Part shown: positions 22,321 through 37,300 of the stretch, piece by piece
Position numbering within the stretch: the first letter of the stretch is position 1
How the letters are laid out: every line of letters begins with the position of its first letter
DNA from: Saccostrea cucullata
Taxonomy: Eukaryota
Length of the DNA stretch: 64,000 nt
Assembly: GCF_032062105.1 (NCBI RefSeq)
Contig: NW_026940780.1
Location: 1 to 64,000, forward strand
Direction of reading: 5' to 3'
The notes under the pieces: model-generated
What the model was told of the DNA's origin: nothing
Databases searched by the model: none
The model's input: the letters and a program-made list of their open reading frames with translations, nothing else
Program-made: the position numbers and the translations under genes

Positions 22321-25300
22321 CTACAATTCGGTTATTTTCTCTTCAATAACCTCTACATATACCTGATGCGAGAGAGGTTTAAGATAAATGTCCTCAGGTA
22401 AACTTTGTGTTTGAAGATCGTTTAATGAGACAGTTTCATTTTCAGCAGGGGTAAAGCTAGATTTGTTTGAACTAACTGTTTCAATTTCATTATATTCTGA
22501 ATTTCTATTAAATATGGGATGAAGATAATCTTCATTACATACAACGTTTCCTTCGTTACTAGCATTTTCTTTTGATTTCAAAGTAAATAGGTCAAGTTGC
22601 TTGTAATCGATTGGAAGCATATGAGCAGTATTGATATTTTTTGCTTCTATTGTTCGCAAAAAGCAATGTTTATATAGATACACTGTCACAAATATACCGA
22701 AAAACAACACGAAAATACCAACTAGAGTGAACATTCCATAAAACATAGTGTTATCTTTTGGAGACGTATTTGGAGCAACAGTGTTTAAAGCTTGAGTTTC
22801 GAGTTTTTCCCCTGTAGATTTATGTTCTATTGTTACAGTACTGATTTGTGGTTTTGTTTCCACAGTCGTACCAGCCACGAAGTATTGTGTTGTTTCCTGC
22901 ACCATTGACGCTGTAGAAAAAAATGAATTGTTGAACGTAAACAATCGATGTTTTAAAAAAATTAGTATGAAATCATTGATATTTTTTTAATTATTCACTC
23001 TACTCACAAATATGACATCCATAGGAAGGGTCACAGAAATCCTCTTTACAAGAGCATTCCTTTTGGCAGTTTTCTCCATAACTTGGAAAAACACAGATTT
23101 TGGAACAATTCACTCCGAAACTACCAATGGGGCATTCTGATGCATAATATAAAGTTTAAAGTTGTTAATATCAAACGAAACCAAATGAATAAATGATTTA
23201 AAATTTATACCGGCATCAAATCATTAGTTAGAATTGCTCCAAAAATATTAATGATAATTTCGACAAACTCTGTGTTATGTTATCTGCATGTTTAGCAAAA
23301 AACAGAGCAAAGTAGACTCATGGCTGAAAAGGTATATCCATTATATTAGAAGAGGATGGTATAAGAAAAATTTAATTATTCAAGCTGTATTTGATAATGC
23401 TTATCACATTTATGTTTTCTATTTTTCAAATTTTTGGGAACGTATTAAGCCTTAAAACGATTAATATGAAGTTAAAGCTTAAAACAATTAATACTTGTAT
23501 GAAGTTTAACAATAAGGATGGAAACAATTCTGTTATTATACCTATAAGGAATTTAATCTTAATTGGATATTGGCATTGCATCAATAAGTACGTTTTCATT
23601 TTATCAAAATTCATTGTTCTGTCCAATCAATTTGTTGTGATTAAGATGATCAGAGACATTCTCATGTCTAAGTAATATATTTGAAAGCTAGATTGAAGAA
23701 TGTCTCTTGGCTAGAAGAAAGTGTCTTGTATAAGTACTTCATTCCCTGCTATCAAGAAAATGTTAAATGGATTAAAGTTGCTTGAACTGCGGAAAAACTA
23801 GCCAAAGTGCATGCGAATTCCTACTTTCACATATCTTCCAGTCATCATTCCAAACATATCCATTGCAACAAACCTCGTTACCTCCAATACTATAAAGAAA
23901 ATAAATTATATATATGTTTTTAAAGATTGTAGAGGTTTTAAATCTTGCACACAAACATAGCAGAAGGTTTTACAAATACATGTATACAAAATTTGATCTT
24001 TGCTTAGATTATCTTTTTAAGTTCAAGTCAATAAAGCTATGTATGAGTGTTAGAACGCCAACAATGAAGTCCAAATGTTTCTCACAATGAACACTTTGAA
24101 AGAAATCAACAGACTATTTTTTTTTTTGTAACAATGACAATAAGCAAAACAAATGAATTTTGCAACAATATACCTATATCGCTTGCCGACCGGGTTTTTA
24201 TCTCTCAGTTGATTCGATGCGCAAGAGCATGCTTTACGTACGAACAATATCTAAAACGAGGTAAATTAATGTCAAACAAGTTGATGAAAGAAGATTATCA
24301 GCAGCATCGCAAAAACTTTAACGTTGCCCACAACTTTTGATTTAGTGGAGCTATGACTTCCAGTTTTCACATGTGTGAGACAAGACCTTTTTTGGGGTAC
24401 CACTTTTATACAAAAATTCCAAACTTTTACTTTGAACACATCTTTTGAACAGTGAGACCAGGACATTTACACTTCACATATGTATTCTTTATGGAACGAC
24501 CTTTATTGGATACCAACAACCCTGACCTTTTGACCTTGGAGATTTTTGTACTTGTGAAAAAACTTTTAACTTAGCCATTTCAATGTTACACTCACCTGAC
24601 CTTTTTATAAAAGTAATGCATAATAACATTACAATTACTTGTAATTGAAAGATGGATCCATTACATATTACATCCCATTACTTTGAAAAAATGTTATGAT
24701 TACAATGCATTACCACTACACATTACGATTACCCCAGGTTTCTTCTTCTATCATTACTAGGAGCACAAGCGGGTGTGACCGGTCGGCAAGAGATGCTCAC
24801 TCCTCAATGGCAGCTCTGATATTTTGGGGGTCCGTTTTTTTCAGATTAAATTTCGTATCGTTTGATTGACTTTTGAGCTTACATACTGTTGATTATTTCC
24901 ATATATATCTTTAGTATTATCAATTAAAAAAAAGAAATCATAAAGTTATTGCAAAGGGTTTTTAGTTTCAAATAGGCAAAATTGTAGGTTGGGCCTTTTG
25001 AATGATGACCTTACAGTGTAATTTGTATGCTTTTGCCCACGGAAAGTTCACGTAAGTCTATTTAATTACTCCACAGAGCCCATGGCGGGCATGCAAGGTA
25101 AACAGGGGATATTTACTCCTTCTACGCATTTGAACATGTGGAATTTCTTGGGTCTGTACTTCATGCCCCGTCGAACATTTTTTTTATTTGGTAGAAGTGC
25201 AAACATAGATTTTTTTTGATCGATCACTGTTCCAAATCTTTTTCTTATTCATATATATTAATTAGTTCTGTACTTCAGAGACAAGAAACGTATGCATTGG

Positions 25301-25763
25301 TAAAGTGTCCGTTTTATGTCCGTCTGTCTGAAAAAAAAAAAATAAAAACCTCCTTCTATTGGGTTGGTCCAATTGCATTAGATTATACATAAGTAGATTG
25401 TACATAGTGCTATATCTATAATCTTTTTTATTTTGAAAATCGGTTTGGCCATGACAACTGAAATTATTTCTTTTTGTAAAGTTTTAAACGCCGTTCCCCT
25501 ATATTTTTTCATTAAAATTTAATAAAGAGTATAATCAGTCAATGAAAAAAATATGAATTGATGCAAAGATTTAAATTTGAGATATTGCTCACCCATTAAA
25601 AAAGTCATGATATTGATCCTGTTAAAGACAGTTAATAATGAAAAAACATATTTTAACAATTAAAAATTTGAAATTAATAAATGGAAAGTTTAAGTTACCC
25701 TCTACAGGAAGACTTCACTGGCTTTAAGGTATTAATGAAGCATATAAGAACAATTCCAAACAT
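22321..25763 (-). CDS. EGF-like type-I membrane protein with Tyr/ITIM-like tail, copy A2, ~282 aa
   Basis: Exons 25763-25699 (MFGIVLICFINTLKPVKSSCRG), 23889-23825 (IGGNEVCCNGYVWNDDWKICE), 23136-23008 (CPIGSFGVNCSKICVFPSYGENCQKECSCKEDFCDPSYGC) and 22910-22321 (TM MFYGMFTLVGIFVLFFGIFVTVYLY; tail IDYKQL, DYLHPI, EYNEI, IYLKPL, VYVEVI). Same phases as A1. Confidence 0.88.
24160..24320 (+). mobile_element. Penelope-like retroelement coding fragment
   Basis: CNNIPISLADRVFISQLIRCARACFTYEQYLKRGKLMSNKL resembles the Penelope-like post-RT segment SNIP.S.AYGV.ISQLIRYARAC. Confidence 0.7.
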
Positions 25764-26199
25764 GTTCAATTAGAAACATGTGAAATGAAATGAGCAAAAA
25801 TAAATTTGTATATTTCCCTATTCAAATAACTTCCTCGTGAGATACTTATTCATTCGCTTTGAATACTCGAATATTTTAAAATTGAGATGAGAACCAAATC
25901 ATTTCCTATTTGGGCGTATTTCACATGTATATAGTTTTGAAAGTTTGCATAGTTTATAGGATTTAACTAAAAATTCTTCAAAACATTGTTACAGAATTAA
26001 ATAACTTTATCACAAATTGTTTAACATACACATTGCAAGAAAGAGTATGTAAACTTTCTAAACAAACATTTAACATTCAAGGATAAATCCATAATCGCAG
26101 CCCAATTTAGCACAACAGATAGAGAATTGCTGGGATGTGGTAGGATTATCTTCATACAATGAAACGTATGGAGAAAACAAACAGTATTCAAGATAAAAA

Positions 26200-26480
26200 A
26201 TCTACAGAGAGGAGCAAACACTGACCCTCAATACTTCAAAGGTAGGATCAGGGGCCATGGAGGAGTGAACATCCGGTCAGACCCGCCGTATGCCCTATGT
26301 CATAATCGAGAAATAACGGCAAAATCTGTTGTCAATTCAGTGTTTAATTAATGGCCTAACAATTAGTATGAAAAGCGCCAGTAACCTTTTTACTCTAGAT
26401 CTATTACAAATTGTACTTGCTGACAAGGTCATTGTATCTACCATAGAACTCACAAAATGATGACTTCAAACAAGACTGCT
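26200..26480 (-). mobile_element. Penelope-like non-coding end fragment; related fragments at ~17965-18060, ~24765-24900, ~25080-25230, ~55045-55130
   Basis: The block GGTAGGATCAGGGGCCATGGAGGAGTGAACATCC...GCTGACAAGGTCATTGTATC recurs across the window and matches 47660-47975. Confidence 0.6.
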
Positions 26481-26755
26481 GATTTTGGACAAATTCTACT
26501 TCATATATGTACATGTATAAATATAAAAATAGGTCTATTATTATTTACTGGACGCAATTTGTATCCATGGGAATTCCAATAGAGTGTTGGATCATTGGAA
26601 GACCTGGTCTCCAAATACAACATATATTTTGTCAATCAGATACTCAAGCATATTTTTGATGTGAATTTTAGAATACTTATTTATATTATCAGAAATAATA
26701 ATCAGAATGTTTTTAACACATTAATTTTGCAAATGACCAATGACAAGTAAAGTTA

Positions 26756-27833
26756 CGAGGGTTGATCCAAAAGTAATGTCACTGTGTCCATATCTTTTAT
26801 ATTTGGCTTCATATTATCAAATATAATACACCAAAAAATACACAAATATAAATCTATTTAAGACTGAAAATTTAATTTAACAATGATTACTAGGATTTAT
26901 TTTATGGATGTTTAAAACATAGAGTATAGGGGGTGTCGCCGCGTCACAACGGAACGTCAGGTTTTGAAGTGCATTTTTTCATAGCATGAAAAAGACGAAC
27001 ACATTTTAAAAAAGATTCCAAAAATGCACCTAGCATCCCAATTTTTTAAAAACACAATTCTCGTCATTTTCTAGTCTGTACTTGAAAATTAAATGACGGC
27101 ATTGGTATTTGTGATCATAAACATTGTTGTTTTACTCTGTTGAATTGAACAAAGGGATTTTCGAAATGAAAAAAAAAACGACTCAAGGAGTTGTAATGCA
27201 TTTATCCTTCAAAACATGGGAACCATCACAAGAGAGAGTTACGTTTCTTAATCAGACTTACAGAATATAGAATGTAAATAAGAGACATCTTAATAGATGG
27301 TTTTAGCAATTTTTGGCGGGTGATTGGTCACTAATTGATCAGCAGAGGACAAGAATATCGCAACATAGGAGATCGGACGGAAACGTTCAATGGTGTCTGA
27401 CGTTGTCAAAAAAAGACAGACGTATAGAGTGACATGTGAATTTTTAAGTTTGTCTTATGCTACTGTTCAAAAAAAATTGTCAATGGCTTCATTATGAATA
27501 GAGTGAGTGTATAATGGTACCAAAAATTCTGAGAGGAAGTGGAATTGGTGAAAGTGTTTGCGAATCACAAATATTTTTAAATAAAATTTTGGGGAAGCTC
27601 TTAAAAGTATGACGGTGCGTATCCGTCATATGACGTTATATTTAGGTGCGACGACTACCATAAACGCACATTGTTTAAAATCTGATATTTTGGAAAGTAT
27701 ACATCATATTCCTTTGTATTTTTCAGATCTGATTTGAAATAGATAAAGCTTCCATCATGTATAATTTTATTGCTTTACGTCGATTTATAGCAATTTTATC
27801 GAAGTTGTGACATTACTTTTGGATCAACCCTCG
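26756..27833. mobile_element. Internally deleted mariner element
   Basis: Perfect 27-bp TIRs CGAGGGTTGATCCAAAAGTAATGTCAC / GTGACATTACTTTTGGATCAACCCTCG with TA on both sides. No intact ORF. Confidence 0.9.
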
Positions 27834-29556
27834 TACTTTACGAGCTTCATTTTTATTGACAAAGCTGTCAATGATATCAAATAGACTGGACTTTAATTTT
27901 CGTGGGGAATGGTTGTGTATAAAATGTAAAAGTCGTCAAGTTTTTAAGCTTTTGATTTCGGCGAAATCTTGAGATGATATATTGTCCAGAAGCTTTTTTG
28001 GAATTTTTGAGTATCCACATCTGATTTATACCACTTCTTTAAACTATTGTTGCACAGTGCTCTTGAAGTTTCTCTTTCACTACTATTACATGTAATATCT
28101 TAGTGAGGAGTAAAGAAAAAGGATTACACGTAGTTGATTATTTACTGGAATCCGCTATGTATCTTTGTATGTAAGGATTTTTAAAAATATTCAAAACGGA
28201 CCTATGATTTTGAAGAATTTCTTTCTTAGAAATGAAACTCATTTCATTTCTTTAATAAAAAAAACTCTATTTTCCTAGAATAAAATATGCAAACATATAA
28301 GAGGAAATCTTATGCGTAAAGCGCTTAGTATCATAACCTTTGTCTGCAGCTTACAAGTTACAGTACCACATAATACTGATTTATGAATACAACTTATTTA
28401 TGAAATAACGTGTACTTCAATTTTGAGTGAAACATATACTGTTAATGTAGAGATCGGGTAATTGAAATAAGTAAACGGGCTCATAAATATTAAAGTTTTA
28501 AAAAATATACACTGTTCAAAATCCCATAAATCATCGTACTTGAAAGTAAATGCATCTACCTGTTGAAATGCAAATACTAATGCGTGACGTCTTATAGATT
28601 TAAATAGAATATTCGAGATATGTGCCCTTCTATATATTCATATGCTAACCTGTTATTTAAATGCGTGTTGGTTACGTCTTATATCTACCTGTGAATCAAG
28701 TTCATGGGCACTTACATCTTTTGTATATGCACTTCGATACGTAAGTATTTGTTAATAAGTATAGAAAAACGTTTATTTCCTGCACCATTTTCCCCACCTC
28801 TGTAAGTGAAATTCATTCGGACATCTTGTGTTTTAAGGGAAAGGAATTTGATTTAAAAAGATTAATATTTGAGGTCATAGGTCTACTTTCGGTTTATATA
28901 AGACCCATGGTTCGGGAATTTCTTTCTTGATAATATATTTCATCAAACATCTTAATTTTTAGGTCCAGTAGAAATTAAAAATCTTTTCTATAATTTCTCG
29001 GCACTATGCCACACAATGATCTTGCATACATTTGCGGCTTAATTTCTTTTCATTATATTTGTTCTTCCTTAATACTACTAGACAACAATTTGGTTTTTAT
29101 TTTAATGAAAAAACAACAAAAACCAACTATCCAATTTTTTTTTATTTAAGCAGATAGTATACATTAAAGAACAAGTCTTTAGGGTAACATCGATTGGATG
29201 TTTTCATGTTCATATTTGTTCGAAGGTTTTCTCTCATTTTTGTCCAAAAGTCGTTTTATATATTCAGTTATTCACCACACACTATGTTTTAATTAGCATG
29301 CAAATGTTAAAGTATTTTATGTATTACAAAACAAATTTTCCCCAATTGCTTTATCTCACGTACATCCGTTACAATCTGCAGAAATATCTGTGAACAAGTA
29401 TTAATACATCCTCAAAACTTAAAACCAGGCATCTGTGATTCTTTCTTACAGAACAAGTTTTCCTTTTTACTTAGAGTGGAGATCATAATAAGATAATTTA
29501 TTCCATCTAATCTTTATATTTTTGTCGATAAAATCTATGAAACATTAAGATAAATT

Positions 29557-30485
29557 AGAGCAAACCTCGTTGCAAAGCAACGAGTAGGTCTTCCGTCCTG
29601 TTTACCGGAAGTTGATTGGAATTAAAAAGAAAATGAGTAATGATCTAATCTCCATTGATCTTAATCATCCAAATATATGTTGATTATTGCAAAAGAAAGC
29701 GATTTTTGGCTACTTCCGGTTTGACCGGAAGTGACGTCGATGGACGAAAAGTAAAGGTTTATCCTTCCAGTGACAGATATTTCCCGAAACTGTGTCTAAA
29801 AGCAGAAAAAATGCATTTTAAACACTTCCAGATTGAACTGAAGTCGGGCGTAGTTTGATGATCTCAATAGATTTAACTTAACATGTTGAACAACTATGCT
29901 TCTTTGGTTGATTACAAATTATCAATACTTTTTAAGATATCAGAAAAAAAATTTATAGCCCCGCTTGATCCCCTTTTTATGGAGCCAGTCCTTTTTCGAG
30001 ATATCATTTGAACGATCTTGAAATTCTACACTTCTTTTCGTCTATACATTTTAACGATATATTTTCAGATAGAAAGATATCGTAGAAAAGGTGTTACAAA
30101 TTTGGAAATTCGCAATAGGACTATTTTTAGGCCAAAGTGAGAGCCGATGTGCGGCACTTCCGTTAGAAATAAAATACTTTACGCATATCTATAGACTTAG
30201 GATTATCATACCTGAAATTTTTATGTTTCTATCTAGAGCCATTTGTTAGAAAGTCTGCTGACAACCTGACCCTTCAAAAAATATAATCAACAATATCTTC
30301 GAACCGGAAGTGACGTCATCAAATAAAAAAATATATATAAAGTTTAAGTAATGTTACATAAGTCTTGACAGTTTCATTAAAATCCATTGATCCGTTTTCA
30401 CGAAATCGTGTGCACAAAATCGGCAAGAAAAAAAATGACCAGAAAAGTGGAAAAGAAACCTAAGAATAACAAAAAGGGTTACCGC
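29557..30485. mobile_element. Non-autonomous Helitron/Helentron-type element
   Basis: Starts TAGAGCAAACCTCGTTGCAAAGCAACGAG (hairpin) GTCTTCCGT, with repeated ACCGGAAGTGACGTC motifs. Ends AAGAATAAC...GGTTACCG. Confidence 0.55.
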
Positions 30486-30652
30486 CTTAATTACTATACT
30501 AATATGTTATATCTATCTGTTGTGTAAACAAACCAACAGCACATATATGTGTTAAACTCGTTATCATAAGATATAATGTAAGCTTTCAAAGTTTACAACA
30601 TGACCCACGCTCTTTCTCATGCACAGTTTATGCAATCATTGGTCCATTTTAA

Positions 30653-31112
30653 TTACACCCCCGCTTGAAAAGTGGAAGGGTATATAGTGATGTCCGTCCC
30701 GTCTGTAACGTTTAATGGTACCAATCTCTTATCTGCAAGTCATCCTTTCCCACTGAATTAAATTTCATAAGACTTTCACATAATCTTTGTTATGGGGTAC
30801 GATTGTAGGCACACCTTTATAGGACACATATGTTTCCTAGATTAAAATATGGACACGACCATTCTTTTTTATGATATTAAAGGGTACCCACTCCTGTCTG
30901 CGACTCCTTCTATACCACTGAATAAATTTAAGTATATTTTCACAGATTCTTTCTTACATTATACCAGTAGATGTATGCACTTTTTATTTTACTTTTTGAC
31001 CTGTCACTTATTTCGGGTCTCTCCGACCAAAACATGTTTTTTACCATTTTAGCAATATGATTGGCGGGTGGCTTTTAGTGAGCTCATTGCTTAGAGTACA
31101 TGTATCTCTAGT
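30653..31112. mobile_element. HINE-type element, same family as 58412-58755
   Basis: CCCCCGCTTGAAAAGTGGAAGGGTATATAGT, GTCC repeat, and 3' TTAGTGAGCTCATTGCT...CTAGT. Confidence 0.7.
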
Positions 31113-31393
31113 AATACTATTTCTGCTTGACAAATGGACGACATCAAAATGTTTGAGTTCGAAAATTTACAAATATAATTTCAGCCCTTTGTTAGACCTG
31201 AAGATCATTTAACCGCTTAGTTCCCAATATTGCTCATTATATTTGTTCCCATTCTCCTTGTCAATAATATTCAAATACTTTTGAAATGATTTGTTTTACA
31301 ATGACACATTATTTTCATTCACATGTTAATTATTATTTTTATCTATTTTCAGAATACACTGTTGATGCCAATCCACTAAACTTGGAAGGACTT

Positions 31394-34300
31394 ATGGCGA
31401 AAAGACATGGAAAACCTGTAGCAATTTTTTTGCTTATTTGCTATGTTGTGGTACGAAAATGGGCAACAATAAAAATGATATGAGTCCAAAAACAATAAAT
31501 TATTTTTTCTGTATTTTTCAAAAAGAATGTGCATCTCTTTCCAGAATGTTCACACTTCCACCAACATTTATTGTCCGTGGGCGGTAAATACTGTTAAAAC
31601 TGTCGCATCCTGTCCAATAACAAAAGAAGAGCGAGATAAAGCTTCAGATTTAAAGAATTGTAAGCAGTTCGCACAAAAACAGAACTGCTCGGATCCATCG
31701 AAATTTCAATATCACTGTGTAATGAATGAGCTACAAAACAAACTATTGGAAGTATGTGCCCCAACACGTTATATTCTTGGTAGGTTATACATGTATTTAT
31801 TTTCATACCAATGTAATGTTGAATAATTTTTTTATTATAATTAATTTAATTTCATACTAAAAGTCTAGGAATGTGTGAAATTAATATTTGCAGTTTACGA
31901 TTTTCATGTGAGAAAGTTTTTTTTCGAGAAACACTCGTCAACTATACATAATATATTATATGAATCGCCCTTAGAAGCATGAACAAGTCTTATTGATAAA
32001 TACATTATGAAGTCAATCTCTTTGAAACGTTTATTTACAAAACTACCGGTACACAAAAAAAAAAAATGGAAGTTCCTTTTTGTATCGAATATAATAAAAA
32101 TTATTAGTTAATTTAGCTTTCTGAAGCTCTAAACTACATGTAGAGGAATAACATTTCTTAAAATAAAATCAAATTTATATATTGTTCACGTAGGTCAGAT
32201 TTTAATTTTATAAAACATTCTTTCTTAATGTTTTGTCATCAGAAGTAGCTGTATTACTGTTTTAATCCTGTTTAAAACCAATGTATTTTTTTTTTTACAT
32301 AAAAATCTTCTGGTTAATTTTGATTGTTTTACCTTTAAAGGTTATTGTCCAGAATTCAACGTTAAGGGTGGAATAATTCAGGACCACTACTCTCTAGACT
32401 GCAGTAAGTTTGAGCCTCCATGTAAAACGCGCTACATATCAACTGATGCATATCTGTGTAAGTTTCTTCATTATTTCATTTAGATTTTGTTTTGATAAAA
32501 ATCATAATTAAGCTTAAATAGTCAGCTGTCACGGCTTCTTAGATCCATTCAAATATACATTTATTTTATTTCAAAAGACCATGCCTGTTATGATCAAATA
32601 AAAATGTCTCCAGTTTCGGATGTAATTTCATCAACCTATCCTAGCGTGATTGAAGTACCGATTTTGTCAACAAGCAATAATACAACTCTTGATGCTAGCA
32701 AAAAAGAAACCCCTTCGTAAGTAAAATCAAACTAAAGATAATTAAACAGTACAACTTTTTTTATTACAATAAGTCTGAAATAATGATATGAGTGTTAGCA
32801 CAAACTTTAATTAATGTCTTATATGTTATTTGCAAAATTTCAGGACTGATGTAATTATTGGCGTCACAATTTCCGCCATTTTGATGCTTTTCCTTGCAGC
32901 CGCCACCTTTATTGCCTGCTGTAAGCTTATATATAAATATTATAATACCCAATAATTTAAGCTCTCTAACTGGTTAAATCTTTATCACAATCCTTATGAT
33001 CAAGTTTTTAGTAGCATATAGGCTGGTGTTACTATTTACAAATTCTGAAAAGCATATCGACTTGATGTTTCTAAAAACAAATATGATAAAAGTGCCGACT
33101 TCAACATGCTAAAAGTTAAAATAATATGACGTTTTTGGGAACAATGATAATTTAATCATATGTATTATGATATTCTGTAATAAATGGCTGCACTAATAAC
33201 GCCTTGCATAAAAACTAACTTTAACTATTTTTTCTTGTAAATATAAGTAACATAATGAAGTCTTTGAAATTATTACATTCCATGAATGACTATAGTTTTA
33301 AAGGAAATACAATTTGGATATTAGTTTTTTATCGTGTGTATTTGTAAAAAAAAGTGATACAAGAAACTTGCGGCTTGGTCTTCGTCACTTAAAATTTTGT
33401 TGTGTTAATTTTGTTTAAAAAAGTCTATATTTTAAATTATGTTTGTTTGCCATCTCTTGAATCAGGTTAAACGTTTTGAGACGATCGACGGGAAGATCGT
33501 TTTAGAAGAAATTTTGTATTTGTCGGCAAAATAAAGGGAATAAAAAGAAGAAATATCGTGTCCTGAAATGTAAAAAAAAAAAGTTTTGACTCGCGTCATT
33601 TCTAGTCTGGAGGTCGGGAGAGGGCAACTCATCAAAATTTTAAAGATGGTCTTATTTAATAAATTTAGACCTTTCTTTTGGCTTTCGTGCTTGTTTGATA
33701 TGCTTTTCTGTGGACGTGATTCATCTGTGGGTCACCTTAATGAATATATATATTTAAAGAAAATTCACAATATTCTTTACACATGTGTTAAAGAATTATA
33801 ATACTGATTGTACTTATTTTCAGATTTTAAACGTCACTCAAAAAGGATTCCATGTTGGAGAAAAGGTATCTGAAAAAAAAAAACACCTCTGTAATACCAC
33901 TGTTCTTATGTTGATGTTTCCAGAGGAAGGGAAATATCGTTCGAATGACTTCGAAAAAATAAAAGAGCAATAAAGCAATGTTTTTAATTTTTTGGGAGAA
34001 AAATAACAGATATTATGTGTTGCTGATAGATATTGATTAATGTAATAAATTCTTAAAATTACTTTTAAACAGAATCAACAAGAGAAGCAGGGAATGATGA
34101 AAGCAATCAAGGTATCATTTATTTGTCAGAAAATGTACAAGTAAAAATTACACATTTGTTATCTTATCAATAAAGAGATCAGAATTCATAACTTTAAATC
34201 AAACACATCACAGAACTCTGTATCAATATTATTTGTTAAAATATCGTAAATGATTTTAGGTTTCAATACACGCAAAGCATAATTCTGGCATTTATCAATT

Positions 34301-37300
34301 ACAAAACATATTTGTTGATAAATATGTAACGTCTTGCTTACATTTTTGCTCATAAATCTTATGCAGAAAAAATGCTTATCTCGTATATAATTTTAGAGAG
34401 GTTGGCAATGCTGAAAGAGTTGGAAACTGAGATCACAGGGGGTGAGGAGTTAAAAGGTGCATATAGTATTTTTAAACTCCAACAGAGATAAAGCAATAAT
34501 TGAATTTCTGATATCAACTTCAATTGAGGGATGTGAAACAAATTGAACACGATTTAATAATTTTGTATGAAGAAACTAAGAGCATGAACAGATAGAACAA
34601 ATGTAGGAATATGCAATACCCATGTGCAATGCCTGTTCTATTTATGTATCATCTTTACAGTACAGTGTTCTCAGACAATATCAATATTTAGGAAACTATT
34701 ACGTTACCTTTATAAACAACATAACACACATTTGTAATAAATTTTGCTTTCAAACAATTCATTTACAAGTATGAAATTTCTGATTTATTCCTCTTAAAGC
34801 TTTATTATAAACTAGATGGACAAGAAATGTATACTTATTTTTTCATTTCAAACAGAAAAGATTTTTTTTTCGAAATTGCGAATAAAAAATAATTTGGAAA
34901 AAAACCCCAAAATCATTGCATAATTATTTTTAGCAATTGGAAATGTAATAAGGAGATTATGATTACAATGTAAATACTTGATAATTACAACAACCAATTA
35001 TTTAAATAAGCTGTATCATTAGGAATACTCAAATGTATCGTTTTATTCATTCAGACGATAAAGGAAAGAACCCAAGTTATAATTGTAAAGCAAAATTGCA
35101 AGAAAGTAAAGGTACGTTTTAATTATCATTTCTCTTTCTCTCTCTCTCTCTCTCATACACTTAAACATGCGGTTGAAGTTTGAGCGGATCTTTGTTACCT
35201 TTAACATTTAAGAAAGATAAATAATTACATGAATATGTTATAAGATGTTATTATTACAAGGATTGTACAAAAATACATTCTCACCATCATTTTCTTTAAC
35301 AAAATTAAATATCAGCAATTTTTAATTTTTAGTAAGTTTCATTTCATTTTATTAAAATCATTACTTATGCTAGTCAACTTCAACAACAATATGATTTGTC
35401 ATCACGGAGTACGGTTAACAACACTGTTAAGCTTAAAACATTATGGAGATTGTTTCTCATGAATATTCTGCATTTTTATTTCATACATGGTTTGTTGTGT
35501 CTTTTCCATGTATGTAAACGCATCCATAACATTTGACAACTAGTTTGCTAACTGCTTGAGTAGTTTAAGGTAGACTGTCAACATTTTCAAGTTCTTACGA
35601 GCGTAACTCCGCATTCACAAAAGTTCGGCAAGTGTGAAGACTTACTCTTTTGACATGATTTTTAGCTACAATCTGTTACTTCGCAGACCGCATATCGTCC
35701 GATTTAAAGTAAAATGGCGTTAAATGAAAAATGCTTAAACAAAAGTCTCAATTTTTACCCTTAATTAGATATTATCATTATTATTAGTATTTTATATATC
35801 ATGCAAATGTACTTGTTATTTAGTAACGTCTTCTAAAAAAGTAATTAATTTAAAATGGTATCGTAGATTTTGTTACTATGTCTAGTTGCAATTTGAATAA
35901 AGTACTTCATAAAAGCAGATTTAAGTTACATTAAATCTATTTTTTTTATTCCCGTAACATTTTTGTTCAGACTTTTTAAAAAATAATAATTTATTATAGT
36001 TAGATGTATCATAGTGATGTATATATATCTAACACAACACAAACGAGGTAACTAAGATTTCGATTGTTGGCGGGAAAACTTAAGTTTAAGAGTTTGTCAA
36101 AGGTCAATATGTTAATTAGAAAATTATCTATCTAATTTATATCTGTTAATTTATGATTTATTTACATGTATAACATGTAAAAGTTTTTAATTTATACCTC
36201 ACATAGTTTTGGCGCAATAGTAAGAATAAAATTTTGGACATCGTGACCTCCGTCAAAACCTAGCTTAATAATGTAGACTATGGGTCTCGTGTTTTCTGTT
36301 TATAAAGATATAAAAATTATTTTTCAAGCGATAAGCAGCACAGATCTACTTTTTATATTTTTTTCAGAAATCATGAATATTATTTTTGTCTACAAATAAA
36401 GGATCAAGTTTATTTTTTCTTTTTATATACTAGATCTAGAATTCTGCACTAGAATTCTTTTTCATTCTAAACATTATTTCTGAAAAAAAAGAAAACGTAA
36501 TAGTAAATCATTTCTACTTGTTTTCCTTATTATGACTAAGAATCTTTGTAATGAGTCGAAAAAGTTCTAGAATGCATCTTTACATTATTAACAGATGGAG
36601 ACACAAGTGATGACAGCAAATGTAAGATATATATCATTTTAAATAACATTTTATAAAGGAAATAAAAATCGTTTTTAAATGAAAATGGATTAAAAGTGAA
36701 AGAAGTTAAAAAAAATATTTAAGTTGTTTACACCCATTTACCAGAAATATGTTATAAAGTTTTGCTTTGTTTCAGCTTTAATTTCAACAGACTCATTCAC
36801 TGATTTATCAGGTATGCTTCAAGATACATGTACATACTCTACATGTAGATCCACATGAAAATGCTGTCTGGAATACTTTGGGTGCTATTTTTGGTAGTAA
36901 ATGATGCGAAAAATATGTTTTAAAAATATTGAAAATTTCTAATACTCTACCTGCAAGTACAGTTCCCTGTTACTCTGTAGCATAGAATCATTTTAAAAAA
37001 TTGATAAAAAGTAATAATCTATACAATTGAACCTTTAATTTTACTTAAGTACCAGTCCACATAAAAATCAGACAAAGGGTGATATATGAAGGTTCTCAGA
37101 ATTTGATGATTTTTCACTCATAGATTTATTTTGAAGTATGAACAACGTATGTAAAATGAAAAATGTTTTGAGTCATGGTAACCATGGAAACCCGGCCAAA
37201 GAAATTTCCTTAGCAACGGGCGGATTTTTCAGTGTTGAAGGACAAAAAATTACCTATCTTTGAGGCTTAAAATAACACGTAAATACCATGAGAATCATTC

